DNA of 64,000 nt from Rhynchopus sp. YZ270_cl-10 (Eukaryota), in NCBI GenBank assembly GCA_964035575.1, contig OZ037838.1:1178001-1242000 (forward strand), read 5' to 3'. Within the stretch, counting starts at the first letter, position 1. Every line of letters begins with the position of its first letter. Position numbers and translations under genes: made by a program. The notes beneath the pieces are model-generated. The model did no database searches and was not told the origin of the DNA. It worked only from the letters and a program-made list of their open reading frames with translations. Below, piece by piece: positions 21,173 through 33,019 of the stretch.

Positions 21173-24145
21173 CACGGGTTGCCTACGATCGTAGTACGAT
21201 CGTTTACGATCGTACCAAAAAACGATCGTAACGATCGTAAAATATCGTACTACGATCAACTACGATCGTACTACGATCGTAAACGATCGTAGTACGATCG
21301 TAGTACGATCATTACGATCGTAGTACGATCGTAGTACGTTTGCCAAACGAAATAACGAATATCGCTTGAAATACCGTTCGATATTCCTTGCATGGTGTGC
21401 ATGAAGCACACACAAGGTATATCAAACGATAATCAATCAGATAAAACGTTACATCATTGGAAAATTGTTGGCACCGCCGCCCTGTCTTCGTATTTATTAC
21501 GTCGACAGGCCAAACAACGTTGGGCTCAGAAGAAGCAGTGCTAGACAGTCACTGGGGATCAACATGAGAACCAACTCCCAACAACACAGGCTACCGAAGT
21601 AGCAGGTGGGGTGTTGCGGGTGTTTGGGGTGAAAGAAAATCGATTTTGGTAAGTTACAGCAGAAAATTCTTAAGTTTGCAATAGCGAGAAGGGTTACATT
21701 GCTCTTGCGAGCTGTGAACCGGTAAGGTTGAGAAGGGTGACACGGCATACAAGTACAAGTACAAGTAAGACGTACCTTCTGCAAAGGCTGAATTCGCAAT
21801 TCTAAGGGATATGAATTCAGCCCCCACTGTTTTTTTGAGATGATCATTCCATGGTATACTAAGCGTTCCCGAAGAATGAATCACCCCCTCCTCGTTCATG
21901 CAAACTCAAGAAAATTCTGAAGTAACTACAACCTGGCGTGCGGGTACAGATGCATTGCTTTGTTCTTTCCTCAAAGTCATGTGTGATCTCTCGGGTCTGT
22001 ACTAAAGTCAGTGTTTAGATAAGCATCCACTTGACTCGTTCTAACAACCGTTGAAATCTAGAACAAAACAACACACTGCCCCTTCTCACACCAAGCCGCC
22101 ATGCTTCAAGAGCATGCCCTGGGCAAAAATTACTGTGACAAAAATTAGTATTCTGGGGGAACGCAATATTTTCTTGTGTCTAGTCCTCCGCAAGCAGAGG
22201 ACAGACTTTCCGGATCCCGAAGTCGAATTTCTTGCACTAGCTATGCTCCCTGGGTTAAATGGCTATAGCAGTGACTGACTAAGAGTTTCATAATAATTAG
22301 GGTGGTCTGGGGTGGGTTAATGGAAAAGTTGGTATATAAACCCGACTTTTACGATCGCCACCTGGTTTTGAAATAATTGCACCAGCTCTTCCGTGGGCAC
22401 TGCTTCGCTGTCACGATGAAGGGTCGTCGGTTCGGGTACCTGATAAGAGAAATTGAATGTAAAAGTAGAGACTACAACAAAAAAACAAACAAACAAGAAG
22501 CCGCCCCGTACCCCACGTAAAAGTGACATTTTTGTTGACAAAAAAAAAAAAAAAAACGTGCCCGTCTAGGTGTCGATAGCATCGCTGTTATCAGGTCACA
22601 GCTGTCAAGGTCCGTCCGATGGCTCGCTGACGCGGCATGGGGAACTGCACCACTCGATGCCTACGGCCCTAGCATATCAGCTAGAGCATCTAGGTGGTCT
22701 TCACCTCCAACCTCCTCTGCTGGCACATCGGAGGGTGACATGATCGACGACGTCCTCGCAGCGGGAGATCGGCCTGCCGCGAATGACGTGCCGCCTGCTG
22801 AGGGTGACCCTGAGCCCAACCGTATTTTAAAACTAAAGCGTTCTGTTTCTCCCCCCTCCCGTAAACAGAATCCATCAACACGTTCTTCAAAAAGAAAACG
22901 CTCGTCTTCCCCCAGAGCATGCGACAAAACTGCCAAAAAACGGAAGAAATCCGTCATCAATGCCCCCCCCTCCGCCCCGCCACCCCCATCTGATGATGGC
23001 CCGGTGGGTAGTAGTATCAGCGACATCAGTGTGACATCTGCCACACAAGAGAGATCATCGCGCTCGTCTGCGGTGACATAAAAATGTTTAGTATAGTGGA
23101 GCACACTCTAGGGTGGCTACACTAATACAACCAAGTTTTCAAAAAAAAAAAAAAATAGCGGACATGTCGAAAAGGGAGAAAACCGGGGGGTTAAAAACAT
23201 ACCTTGCACTCGGCCCACTCTCCAGGTACAAAGAACATCACTGCACGACAAACCCACTACTACAATAGAAAATAACTATTTTTTACCGAACAGAAAGGTC
23301 GTTTTATTGATGAGTGTTTTCTGAGTGCACACTCAGTGGGGACAAAATGCAACACTTCAAGGCATGCAATACTCCAAGGAATTTGCTAAGGAAAAGTCGA
23401 TATTGTGGGCCCCTGTAGTAGTGCATATAGTTACCCCCAGATCGTCAAAACACCCGATTTTTGCGTTTTTTTGCACTTTTTGGTGCCCAAAAACCCAACT
23501 CAGGGGTCGAAATTTTCCCGAAAAAAAAAATTTTTTTTTTGAGATTTTTTGATTTTTTGACAAGGCGCTGGCCCATACAAAATGCACTGGTGGTACAGAA
23601 AATGACTGGGGAATTAACTCTAGATGCTCAAAACAGCCCAATTCTTGCTTTTTTTGACTTTTTGGTCCCAGAAGGGTACCTAGGGTGTAGTGAGCAGGCC
23701 TCAAAAACACTTGTGAAAAAAAAAAATTGGGATTTTTTTTTTTGAGATTTTTTCAAAAATCGACTTGTTTTTGGTAAAAATCACGAAATTTTGGGTTCGC
23801 GGAACCGCGTTTTAGACCCCCCTAGATGCTCAAAAGTGCCAAATTTTGCTTTTAATGGCCTCAAATCGTCGAAATTAGCCCAATATAGGGGCAAAAAAAA
23901 AAATTCGAGGGTCTAGGTATGGAGAGCGAGCACCTTAGAAGGAAGATCGTACGATCGTACTACGATCGTACTACGATCATTACGATCGTACTACGATCGT
24001 TACGATCGTAGTACGATCGTACGATCATAATACGATCGTAAGTACGATCGTACTACGATCGTACTTTGATCGTAGTACGATCGTAGTGCGATCAAAAAAG
24101 AGCTGCGATCGTAAGAGATCGTACTACGATCGTAGGCAACCCGTG
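21173..24145. mobile_element. TIR element with CAC...GTG termini and subterminal TACGATCGTA arrays
   Basis: Ends are CACGGGTTGCCTACGATCGTAGTACGATC and GATCGTACTACGATCGTAGGCAACCCGTG. Both ends carry ~170-200 bp of palindromic TACGATCGTA repeats, and both flanks are A-runs. Confidence 0.85.
22557..23155 (+). mobile_element. Putative 5'-truncated non-LTR retroposon insertion
   Basis: ORF tail ending at 23081, then a conserved 3' stem-loop motif and an A15 tail. The same tail recurs at 39895 and 50487. Confidence 0.5.
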
Positions 24146-24637
24146 AAAAAAGGGCGTGTTTTTTTCTAACTTTCACTTTAAAAAATAGCCCAAATCGTTA
24201 TTGAAAAAGGCAGAATGTTATGAAAGTTGCAAGGTTTATTTATTTTTTGTTTGCGTATGACGTGGGCAGCGTACCAACTAAACAAAAGATGAAAGGGGTT
24301 TTTATTATTTTTTTTTGCTGTTCCCCATTTCCCTCCCCTCCCAGAGCTAACAAAGCGCAAAACAAAAACAAAAACAAAAAAAGGAAAAACGGATTGATTT
24401 TATTTTATGAACTTAATTTTTATCATTTTTTAAAAAGCAAGGCTGCCAGCGTGAGATACTTTAACAATATTATATGAAATGCCTTTTGAGTGACGTTTAA
24501 TTGTGTTACAGGCACAGAAGAGCGAAGACTGTGAATGGCGGCTTCGCTATTCCAATAATTTATCAAAAAAAAGAGAAGTTAAAAAAGAAAAAGGTGGAAC
24601 TCCACGAAGCGAGAAAAAACACAAAACAAGCAACATA

Positions 24638-24820
24638 CTTTGTAGTCCGCCGGAGTTGATACTGAAATCCCGCCTCAAAAGTCCACCGACTCAGCCTGAG
24701 TCCGCCTAAGTTGGGGTACGGACTTTTGGCTGAGTTGGCGGACTCAGGCAGTAGTCCGCCTCAACTCGGGTGGGTCTTGGTGGGATTTTTTTTTTTGGCG
24801 GACTCAGGCAGACTACAAAG
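24638..24820. mobile_element. Small MITE flanked by TA (Tc1/mariner-like)
   Basis: TA|CTTTGTAGTC ... GACTACAAAG|TA, with internal GAGTCCGCC/GGCGGACTC repeats. Confidence 0.7.
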
Positions 24821-25314
24821 TAATGAAACAAAATGGAAAAAAAAAAGCAAACAAATATACCCTTCAGGGGTGGGGTGGCAAAGTTGTCATAACAACAACT
24901 TTATCACCTCTCTGAACAGGCGCGCTCTACTCCCCATTCCTCCTTCCCCCCTCCCAACAACAGCAAAAAAAAGCAAAAACAAAACAAATCGAGAAAAATA
25001 ATCAAAGACCCCTTTTCTCCCTCTTCGGCATCTTCTTCTCCGAAGATGTGTATAAAAATTGAAGGAGGGGGGAAGGGGGATTTTTCCCCCTATTGCTGCT
25101 TAGGTTCATCTTATAAAAAAAAAATTTCCATTCGGGTGACTAAGCATCATGGCTGTGTAACTTAAGCTAAAAAAAAAACTTAAGTTTTCTCCGAAATCCT
25201 CCGGAAAATTTAGGCGACTTAAGCTACTGAAAAAAAAAACTTAAATTAAAAAACTTAAGTTTTCGAGAAAAAAACTTAAGTTTTTCTAGAAAAAAAACGT
25301 AACTTAAGTTTTTT

Positions 25315-26765
25315 GGGAAAACCTTTATTCGGCTCACAAAAAGTAATTTTTCCATCATTCGGCTCACAAAATAAAATTTTTCCATCATTCTATCAAAGTT
25401 ACTATAATTTTTCCTTCATTCGGCTCACAAAAGTTAATTTTTCCACCATTCTATCAATATTTTGCCAATTTTTCCATCATTCTATCAAAGTTTTTTTTTT
25501 CACTTTTTCGAAGAAATTTTTGCCGCTGGAAAAAAAAAATTGGGTGGTTTTTTGAGGAAAAATGGGGTCATTTTTTTTGCATTTTTCGAAAAATTTATAG
25601 TTCTAGGGTCACAAATTACACACTGTTTGCTAAACATGCAAAGACAAGTGGTCACTGGTGCCGAGTTTAACAGCTTGGATGACCTAAAGGAGACGGTAAC
25701 GTGGCAGTCCTTCATCCTCCACATTTTTCCTTCCGCGTCTCGAACCGCACAGGCACCCGAATGACCCTTGTGTGCCGGTTCCTTATGTGCATGGAGGGTG
25801 TGTGCGGTGCAAGACGGTGATGGTTGTCGCATCACCCAGCACGAGCGCACCTGCACCTCTGACGATCACCCTGTTGCCAACACAGGAATCGTCGGCGCCG
25901 TCGCCTCCCGGACCTGCGATAACGTGAGAAGTGTATCAAACTATGGTGCACATAGTGTGATTGCTGACATGCGTGACCTTCGCCGCAATAAGTCACCTAC
26001 GAATTTTCCCTCCCACAACCTATAAAAACGGGCAAAAAATCCTACCCAAAAATTTTTTCCAGCGGAAATATTTCCTCGAAAAAGTGAAAAAAAAAACTTT
26101 GATAGAATGATGGAAAAATTGGCAAAATATTGATAGAATTGGTGCTTCCCGGGGGGTGTGCATTTCACAAATTTTCACAAAATGTGACAAGTTTTCACAA
26201 ATTTTCACAACACGAAAACCGCTACAAAATTGTGAAGGCTGGTGAAAAGTGGTGAAAAATTGTGAAAAAATGTGAAAAGTTGTGAATAGTTGTGAAAAGT
26301 TGTGAATTGATTTTTTTTTTTTGTGTGCTTTTTTTTTGGGCGGGGTGGTGACCCACCCATTGAGGGGTACGCTGGGATTCACAAGATAGAACGTGATGTG
26401 GTGTACCTGTGTACCTGTGTACTGTGTGATGTGCGGAAATGACGAGAACTTGTCCATTTCGGCAAATTGACCCCACCACTGGCCGTACGGATTCCGGAAA
26501 TGCAAATGCCGGCGTTTAAGAGCTTCACCAACGAGAGAAAAAAGGGTAGTGAAAAGTTGTGAATAGTTGTGAAAAGTTGTGAATTGAATTGAAAATTTGT
26601 GAAATGCATACCCCCCGGGAAGCACCAAGAATGGTGGAAAAATTAACTTTTGTGAGCCGAATGAAGGAAAAATTATAGTAACTTTGATAGAATGATGGAA
26701 AAATTTTATTTTGTGAGCCGAATGATGGAAAAATTACTTTTTGTGAGCCGAATAAAGGTTTTCCC
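25315..26765 (+). mobile_element. Mutator-like (MULE) non-autonomous element with a transposase N-terminal remnant
   Basis: Long TIRs beginning GGGAAAACCTTTATTCGGCTCAC and a 9-bp TSD AAGTTTTTT. The interior (~25636-26020) encodes a decayed GAEFNSLDDLKETV...CAWRVCA...CRITQHERTC, resembling the MuDR DNA-binding domain. Confidence 0.8.
26140..26627. mobile_element. MITE with TG...CA termini and a 5-bp TSD, inserted in the right TIR of the MULE
   Basis: AGAAT|TGGTGCTTCCCGGGGGGT...ACCCCCCGGGAAGCACCA|AGAAT. Removing it restores the MULE TIR. Confidence 0.85.
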
Positions 26766-26854
26766 AAGTTTTTTTTATTAAAAAACAGCTTAAGTTACCA
26801 ACTTAAGTCACTTAAGTTAGCTTAAGTTACCGTTTTTTTTTGTTTTATTCCACA

Positions 26855-27934
26855 GTTAAATAAAGTATACGAAGGATTTGGCACTTTTAGCGTGATTCTT
26901 TTTAATGATAATTTCACGCCGTGTTTTTTTCGCAAATAAAAACCACGCTAATTGAACTTTATTTCACGCATTTTCACTTTTTTTCACTGCAATTCCTTAG
27001 GAGCGTGATTTTATTTTTGTTTTTTTCACGCTAAAACAGGGGTTTTTTTTGGCGATAACTTCACGCTAAATTTTGGTACATCCTGCACCACCACCCGCCT
27101 AAAAATTGAAAATTGCGATTTTTTTTTGCACTTTTCCCATTTTTTTTTGACACACGCAACATGCCGAAGGATCTAAGACGCAAACGGTCCTCCGACAAGA
27201 GATGGACGAGCACTACAGTGGTTTTGTTGAACGACTAGCATCGTCGACACCGTACATCCGTGAATGGGACCGCTTTTTAAGGGAAGCCCAACGGTCAGCC
27301 CACGGAAGCCGACTTTGTTTTGTGCATAGTGCATCAAATTGTCGTCGTAATGGACAGCGTTCAGTAAGCTGAGCAGCATATTGGTGAGGAAGTATGGGTG
27401 CAACTGCAAGACCAGTTTCCGCAGACTCGTGTGTCTCTTGAAGCAACACGAGACCGGCTACCGACACGACAGTCCAAGACACTCCTCACTTACGAAACAA
27501 GAAATCGACTCCTTCATTACCTATGAAGGCGAAGGACACACCACCCCCTTACTTCATTGTGAGGAAGGCGGTGCTGACATGATATTCTGCGATGGGCGGG
27601 GATCTTCTGAATGTCTCTCGCTCTTGCACGACAGCCATTTCCCGACCTCCCGCTAGCACCCGGGCCCAGTTTACCGGGTTTTTGCAGGTTCCCCCGCGGG
27701 AGGGTAACGGGGCTGGAGGGACCCTCCAGCCTTTTTTAGCCTCCCTCCAGCCCCTCAGGTACGCCAGCCCCCCCAGCGGGAGTCCCGCTAGCCTAGCTAG
27801 GGGTCCCGTGGGATTCCCGGTAGCGCTGGCGGGAGGGTAATGAGGGCTGCCCGGAGGGACACATACTCGTTAGTTATTGCACAATAAATGAGTCACGCTA
27901 AAAGTGCCAAATCCTTTCGTATACTTTATTTAAC
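26855..27934. mobile_element. Nested TIR element
   Basis: GTTAAATAAAGTATACGAAGGATTTGGCACTTTTAGCGTGA and its reverse complement ending near 27934. Confidence 0.75.
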
Positions 27935-27950
27935 GTGAAATAAAATTACG

Positions 27951-28103
27951 TATTCAACGCCTTTTAGCGAATTTTTTTGCGATACTTCACTTATTTTTTT
28001 CCCAGGCTCGTGGATTCAATTTGCCTCGCTTCGCTCGGCAAATTAACTACCACTCGCCTGGGAAAAAAATGCGTGAAGTTATCGCAAAAAAAAACCACGC
28101 TAA
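27951..28103. repeat. Palindromic hairpin element centred on CTCGCTTCGCTCG
   Basis: TATTCAACGCCTTTTAGCG ... CGCTAAAAGGCGTTGAATA, followed by AATAGTTA. Confidence 0.7.
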
Positions 28104-29258
28104 AAGGCGTTGAATAAATAGTTATTTTTTTTTTTTTGTTTTTGCTTGGACGATGAACTTCACTGAAGGGGCCGGATACCCGTAGTTTCCTGATGCAGCA
28201 TCCCTACTGAAAATTCCAAATGAGGGTGACCACCCAATCAAACGGACTTATCACTGCACCCGCGTGCGGTCAAGTGCACACGTGAGGGGCGATTATTCGG
28301 AGTAGACATGACAGTGAAATATCGACGGTAAAATGGCTGGTACATGCCAGTCATTTTCCACTTTCCGAAACGTAAATATTTTGCAACGAAATATTATGCT
28401 TGGCGTGGCTGCATAACCGATTACCCGTGTTTCTACCAGTTGTCACCCTCATAGGGGATACACGTGTTGGGGGAAAAAAAATTCGTTGGTGAAGCTTTTA
28501 AACGGCGGCATTTGCATTTCTGGAATCCGTCCGGCCAGTGGTGGGGTCAATTTGCCGAAACGTACAAGTTCTCATTTTTGGTCAATTTCCGCACAGTACA
28601 CAGGTACACAGGTACACAGGTACATAATCTGTGGTGGTCAAAAGTGCAAAATTCTTTCGTCAATGCATTTTTTGAGGACTGTTATACCTAGAGAATATGG
28701 TCAGATCACTCTTCAGAGCACCTGAAGCTTCACACCCAAGCCAAGCAAAAGGGGAAAAAAAAAAAAAAAAAAAAAAAAAACGATGACTTAAGGTAACTTA
28801 AGCGACTTAAGTTTTTTTTAAAAAAAAAACTTAAGTCGCTTAAGTTACACAGCCATGAAGCATGTACAGAGGTAAGTTTATTTCCCCCCCTTTTTTTTTT
28901 CCAACACTCCGGGGGTTCGATAACCCGCGGAGGTGTCAGTGCCTGCGTCCCAGAGGCGTTTTTGCACTATCAACCTTTTCTTTTTTGCGCATCATTCAGG
29001 AACGATGCAGTGATAAAAAAAGATTTGCAGGCTTGGATTTATATTTAGCTTCCCCTCCTCCCCCCCCCCTAGGGGCAGCGACTCCTAACGATTTTTTGTC
29101 ACTTTTTCGATTTTTGGTATATTGGGCCATTTCCAGGCCACCACCGGGTGAAAAACACCCCAGAACTGGGTCAGAAACGCCCTGTGGCCCGAAAATTCAT
29201 GCTAAGGGCGACTCAGAATATGATAAAATGCAAAAAAATAGTGAAAAAGTGGCTTTTT

Positions 29259-29596
29259 CTCATATGAAAAAAAGTACTCTGAGAGATTCGTTAAGGATTC
29301 GTATGACATAATATTAACTTTTTGTCAGCGGTGTGGCAAAAAGTGAAATTGTGTTTTTAGCCTAAAAATGGGTGGGGGAGATGTAAAAAGTACTTTTTTT
29401 TTTACTTTTTGTCACACTTGATCTGCCTTTGTTTTTGGTGGGATTTTGGGTTGGTGTGGCATAATGTTGTGGTCTTCATGCCCAGGTCATATCCTGCTAC
29501 TTATTTCTCGGCATTGTGTTGGGATTTGTGTATTCAATATAATTTATGCCTTACGAACACTTATCGATCTCTCAGAGTACTTTTTTTTATATAGAG
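29259..29596. mobile_element. MITE nested in the foldback arm
   Basis: TIRs AAAAAAAGTACTCTGAGAGAT / ATCTCTCAGAGTACTTTTTTT. Confidence 0.65.
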
Positions 29597-29607
29597 AAAA
29601 AATTATA

Positions 29608-29803
29608 TATTGAGTAAAAAGCGGACTTGTCACACTCGTGTGGTTCTCACAAATCAGTTGGTTTTTTGTATCACTCGCTTCGCTCGTGATACAAAATTCT
29701 ATGTCACACTCGCTTCGCTCGTGACGTAAAAGAACCAACTGATTTGTGAGAACCACACTCGTGTGACAAAAAGTCCACTTTTTTTCACCTCAATAAATAG
29801 CTA
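29608..29803. repeat. Palindromic element with two CACTCGCTTCGCTCGTGA hairpins
   Basis: TGTCACACTCGTGTGGTTCTCACAAATCAGTTGG is mirrored by CCAACTGATTTGTGAGAACCACACTCGTGTGACA. The element ends AATAAATAGCTA. Confidence 0.7.
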
Positions 29804-32800
29804 TTTTGACGGTTTTGGCCATGTTGGCTAAAATGGCCATTTTTGGTGAAAAAAATCAAAAAAATAGCAAAATTTTGATATCATGACAGCTGCTTGGGCA
29901 CAAAACTACCCCTGGGAGGTCCTGTGAGTCCATTCCGACCTGTTTTGGACACTTTAGGTGCTTTTTTTGGCCGTTTTTTGGTGTTTTTGTGGTAAAAATC
30001 ATGCCCTATCCATGCCCTATCCATGCCCTATCCAAGACGTACGCCCTGCTTTTAGACCCACTCTGGGCCAAAAAATGGGCAAAAAACCCCGAAAAAGCAC
30101 TCCGGGAACCCAGATAGTTCCAAATATCCACCAGACACCCACCCAAACACCTTAAGAACATGCCAGGAAAACATTTTTAAAAACACACTTTTTTCAAAAC
30201 GGTCATTATAGGACCTGCCCAGATGACCGTTTTGAAAAAAGTGTGTTTTTAAAAATGTTTTCCTGGCATATTCTTGAGGTGTTTTTGTGGGGATGTGGTG
30301 GACATTTGGAACTATCTGGGTTCCCGGAGTGCTTTTTCGGGGGTTTTTGCCCATTTTTTGGCCCAGAGTGGGTCTAAAAGCAGGGCGTACGTCTTGGATA
30401 GGGCATGGATAGGGCATGATTTTTACCACAAAAACACCAAAAAACGGCCAAAAAAAGCACCTAAAGTGTCCAAAACAGGTCGGAATGGACTCACAGGACC
30501 TCCCAGGGGTAGTTTTGTGCCCAAGCAGCTGTCATGATATCAAAATTTTGCTATTTTTTTGATTTTTTTCACCAAAAATGGCCATTTTAGCCAACATGGC
30601 CAAAACCGTCAAAAAGCCACTTTTTCACTATTTTTTTGCATTTTATCATATTCTGAGTCGCCCTTATCATGAATTTTTGGGTCATAGGGTGTTTCTGACC
30701 CAGTTCTGGGGTGTTTTCCGACCGGTGGTGGCCTGGAAATGGCCCAATATACCAAAAATCGAAAAAGTGACAAAAATCCTTAAGGATTCTTAAGGGAGTC
30801 GCTGCCCCTATCCCCCCCCCCCACTTTATTGTTTTTTTTTTGACGTGCCCAATGGAGTCATGCATAGTGTTTCCTCTCTTTTTACTGCCTGCGTCTGCCT
30901 ATGAACGAGGCCTTTTGCACTTTCAAGTTCTCTCTAAGGTGTCTAAGCTCGTTGAGGCTTAGGTTCATCTTATAAACTTTCTTTTTTTCCCTCCAGACAG
31001 AAAATTTTAAAGCATATCCCGAAGCAAAATGGATATAAAAAAAGCGCATTTGAGTACCGAGTAGTCAAATGGGCTTTAGTTAACCTGTGGTGTGACAGCG
31101 TATACTGGGGGGGGGGGGGTAAACCGGTAGAAACACGGGGAATCGGTTAAGGCGCCACACCAACCTGTCTTTTTTTTTTCTTCTGTTTGCCTCGTTTGCG
31201 TCTTCATGCGGATGACTGGCATCGTCCAGTGGGTCAGTTGGAGGTGCCTGCATCAATAACTACCATTTTTTTGGGGGGGTGGAAGCGTGCAATGCAGCTA
31301 CAGCCGATCTAATCAAAGAGGAACGGATTATATTTTTTGGTTTTTGTGCTTTCATCCAATTGGCTCGTACAGTGGGTCAGTTGGAGGTGCCTGCATTAGT
31401 AACTTCACTTTTATTGGCAACAGTGATTAACTGTGGTCTACTGAAGGTAAACCAGAGAAACGGTACGCAAAAAAAAAAGTTGACGGGGAAAAGGGAGATG
31501 TGGTGGGTGGGAAAATCCACGTGGTCAATTGTTCATAAATATAAAAAAAAAACAAAAAATACGAAAGCAAGGAAGAAAACCAGTGAAAAAAAAAAAAAAA
31601 AAAAAACGGACAGTGCAAGACTGCCTGAGTGGCAGTTTACAGATTGGCAATAAAATCTTTTTTTTGTGGCGTTCCTGTCTAAGAGCAAAGTAATATTTTT
31701 CAAACAAAAACAAAAAAAAATGTGGGGTGGCTGTGAGGGGGTGTGGGTGGGTGTATCTGATCATAATTAAAAAAAGCAAAAAAAAAACAAAGAAAAGACA
31801 AAAAGGGGGAAAATAAATGCAACAAAAAGCAACGCAAACGATAAGGAAGAAACATCTATTTTAAAAAAAAGGGGGGGGTACAAAATTAAATGAGTGAGAA
31901 GAAATTAAGAAAAGCTGTGTCGGTTTGTTCCCTTTTGGCTGCTATTCTGAGCTATGTTCCTTTCCCCCCCCTTTGGGAGCCATCGTGCCTGAAATAATAG
32001 AATTTCACTTCTATTTGATCAAAAAAATAAAATAACCCCCCTTTGGGAGCGATGATAGGTTGTGAAGGTGAAGTCCAGCTAGCAAGACAGGTGTCTAACC
32101 CAAGCAAAACAAAAAATTATCAAAAAAAAAGACTAAAAAAAAATCGATATTTATTTTTATAACCCCAATCCCTCCCATCCCAAAAAAAGGCCAAACGAAT
32201 TTTATTTAAAAAAAAAACCTCAAAAAAAAATCAAAAAAAACATCAAAAAAACAACAAAAAAACACTACAAAAACAAAAAAAATGGACCACAGTTGTTTTT
32301 TTTTGAGATACGTCATACGACAGACGACGAATATTCTTCTGACACCATTTTCTGACAACTCGCCTTTCTCTCTGCTTCAACTCTGCGATACATGCACGCG
32401 TCACATTCATGCACTTCTTCTTCGTCTTGCCACTGCTTCTTCCCGCCCTGCGACCCTCCTGGGAGATCTGAGAGAAAAAGCACACTCACCTCTGGAGAGG
32501 TCAGTTCAGCCCGCATCAGCTGTCTCGTTGCATCCACCATGATCTGCAAAGGGATTCGTTGTTGATAGCATCCGAGGTTGAATGCTTTATAATTAAAAAA
32601 CGCATGAAGATGCAGCTTTTCGTTGCGTCCTTACTTCCTCCTTTGGGGTGGTTGTGTGTACAGCGCTCTTGGACGTCATGCATGACATCAGATTCAACAT
32701 CTTGAGCGTTCATACAGCAGATCAGCTAGGTGTTCTTCCTTTATGAGACGATAGAGTTTTTGATGAACAAACTAAAAGAAAACCGACGCAAGACAACTTT

Positions 32801-33019
32801 CGCTTTATTCACTCTTCACCCATATTCCTAAACGTTTTCAGACATAGGATGGAACGCCCCGAGGAATGTAGCCCCCTACCGTTCACCCACATTCCTATCA
32901 TCCCCATCCAGGCTGCACCACACAGAGCATCCCCTCTTTCTGCAAAGTGAGAGCGGCGACAGACAATATAACGGCAAGGAGCCTGACGTGACAAAAGAGG
33001 CACACACAAGCAGCCGCGC

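Larger units (their letters stand above)
25148..28857. mobile_element. Outer TIR element hosting nested insertions
   Basis: TIRs CATGGCTGTGTAACTTAAGC / GCTTAAGTTACACAGCCATG. AAGCAT direct repeat on both flanks. Subterminal ACTTAAG repeats. Confidence 0.85.
29070..30810. mobile_element. Foldback element with ~590-bp inverted arms, left arm interrupted by insertions
   Basis: TAGGGGCAGCGACTCC ... GGAGTCGCTGCCCCTA. The arms (29070-29255 plus 29804-30205) are the reverse complement of ~30222-30810, around a short central loop. Confidence 0.85.

Noticed and set aside
32290..32760. Minus-strand coding-like fragment containing CTHNHP (possible transposase zinc finger)
   Set aside because: Short, interrupted by stops, and no TIRs identified, so too weak to call.
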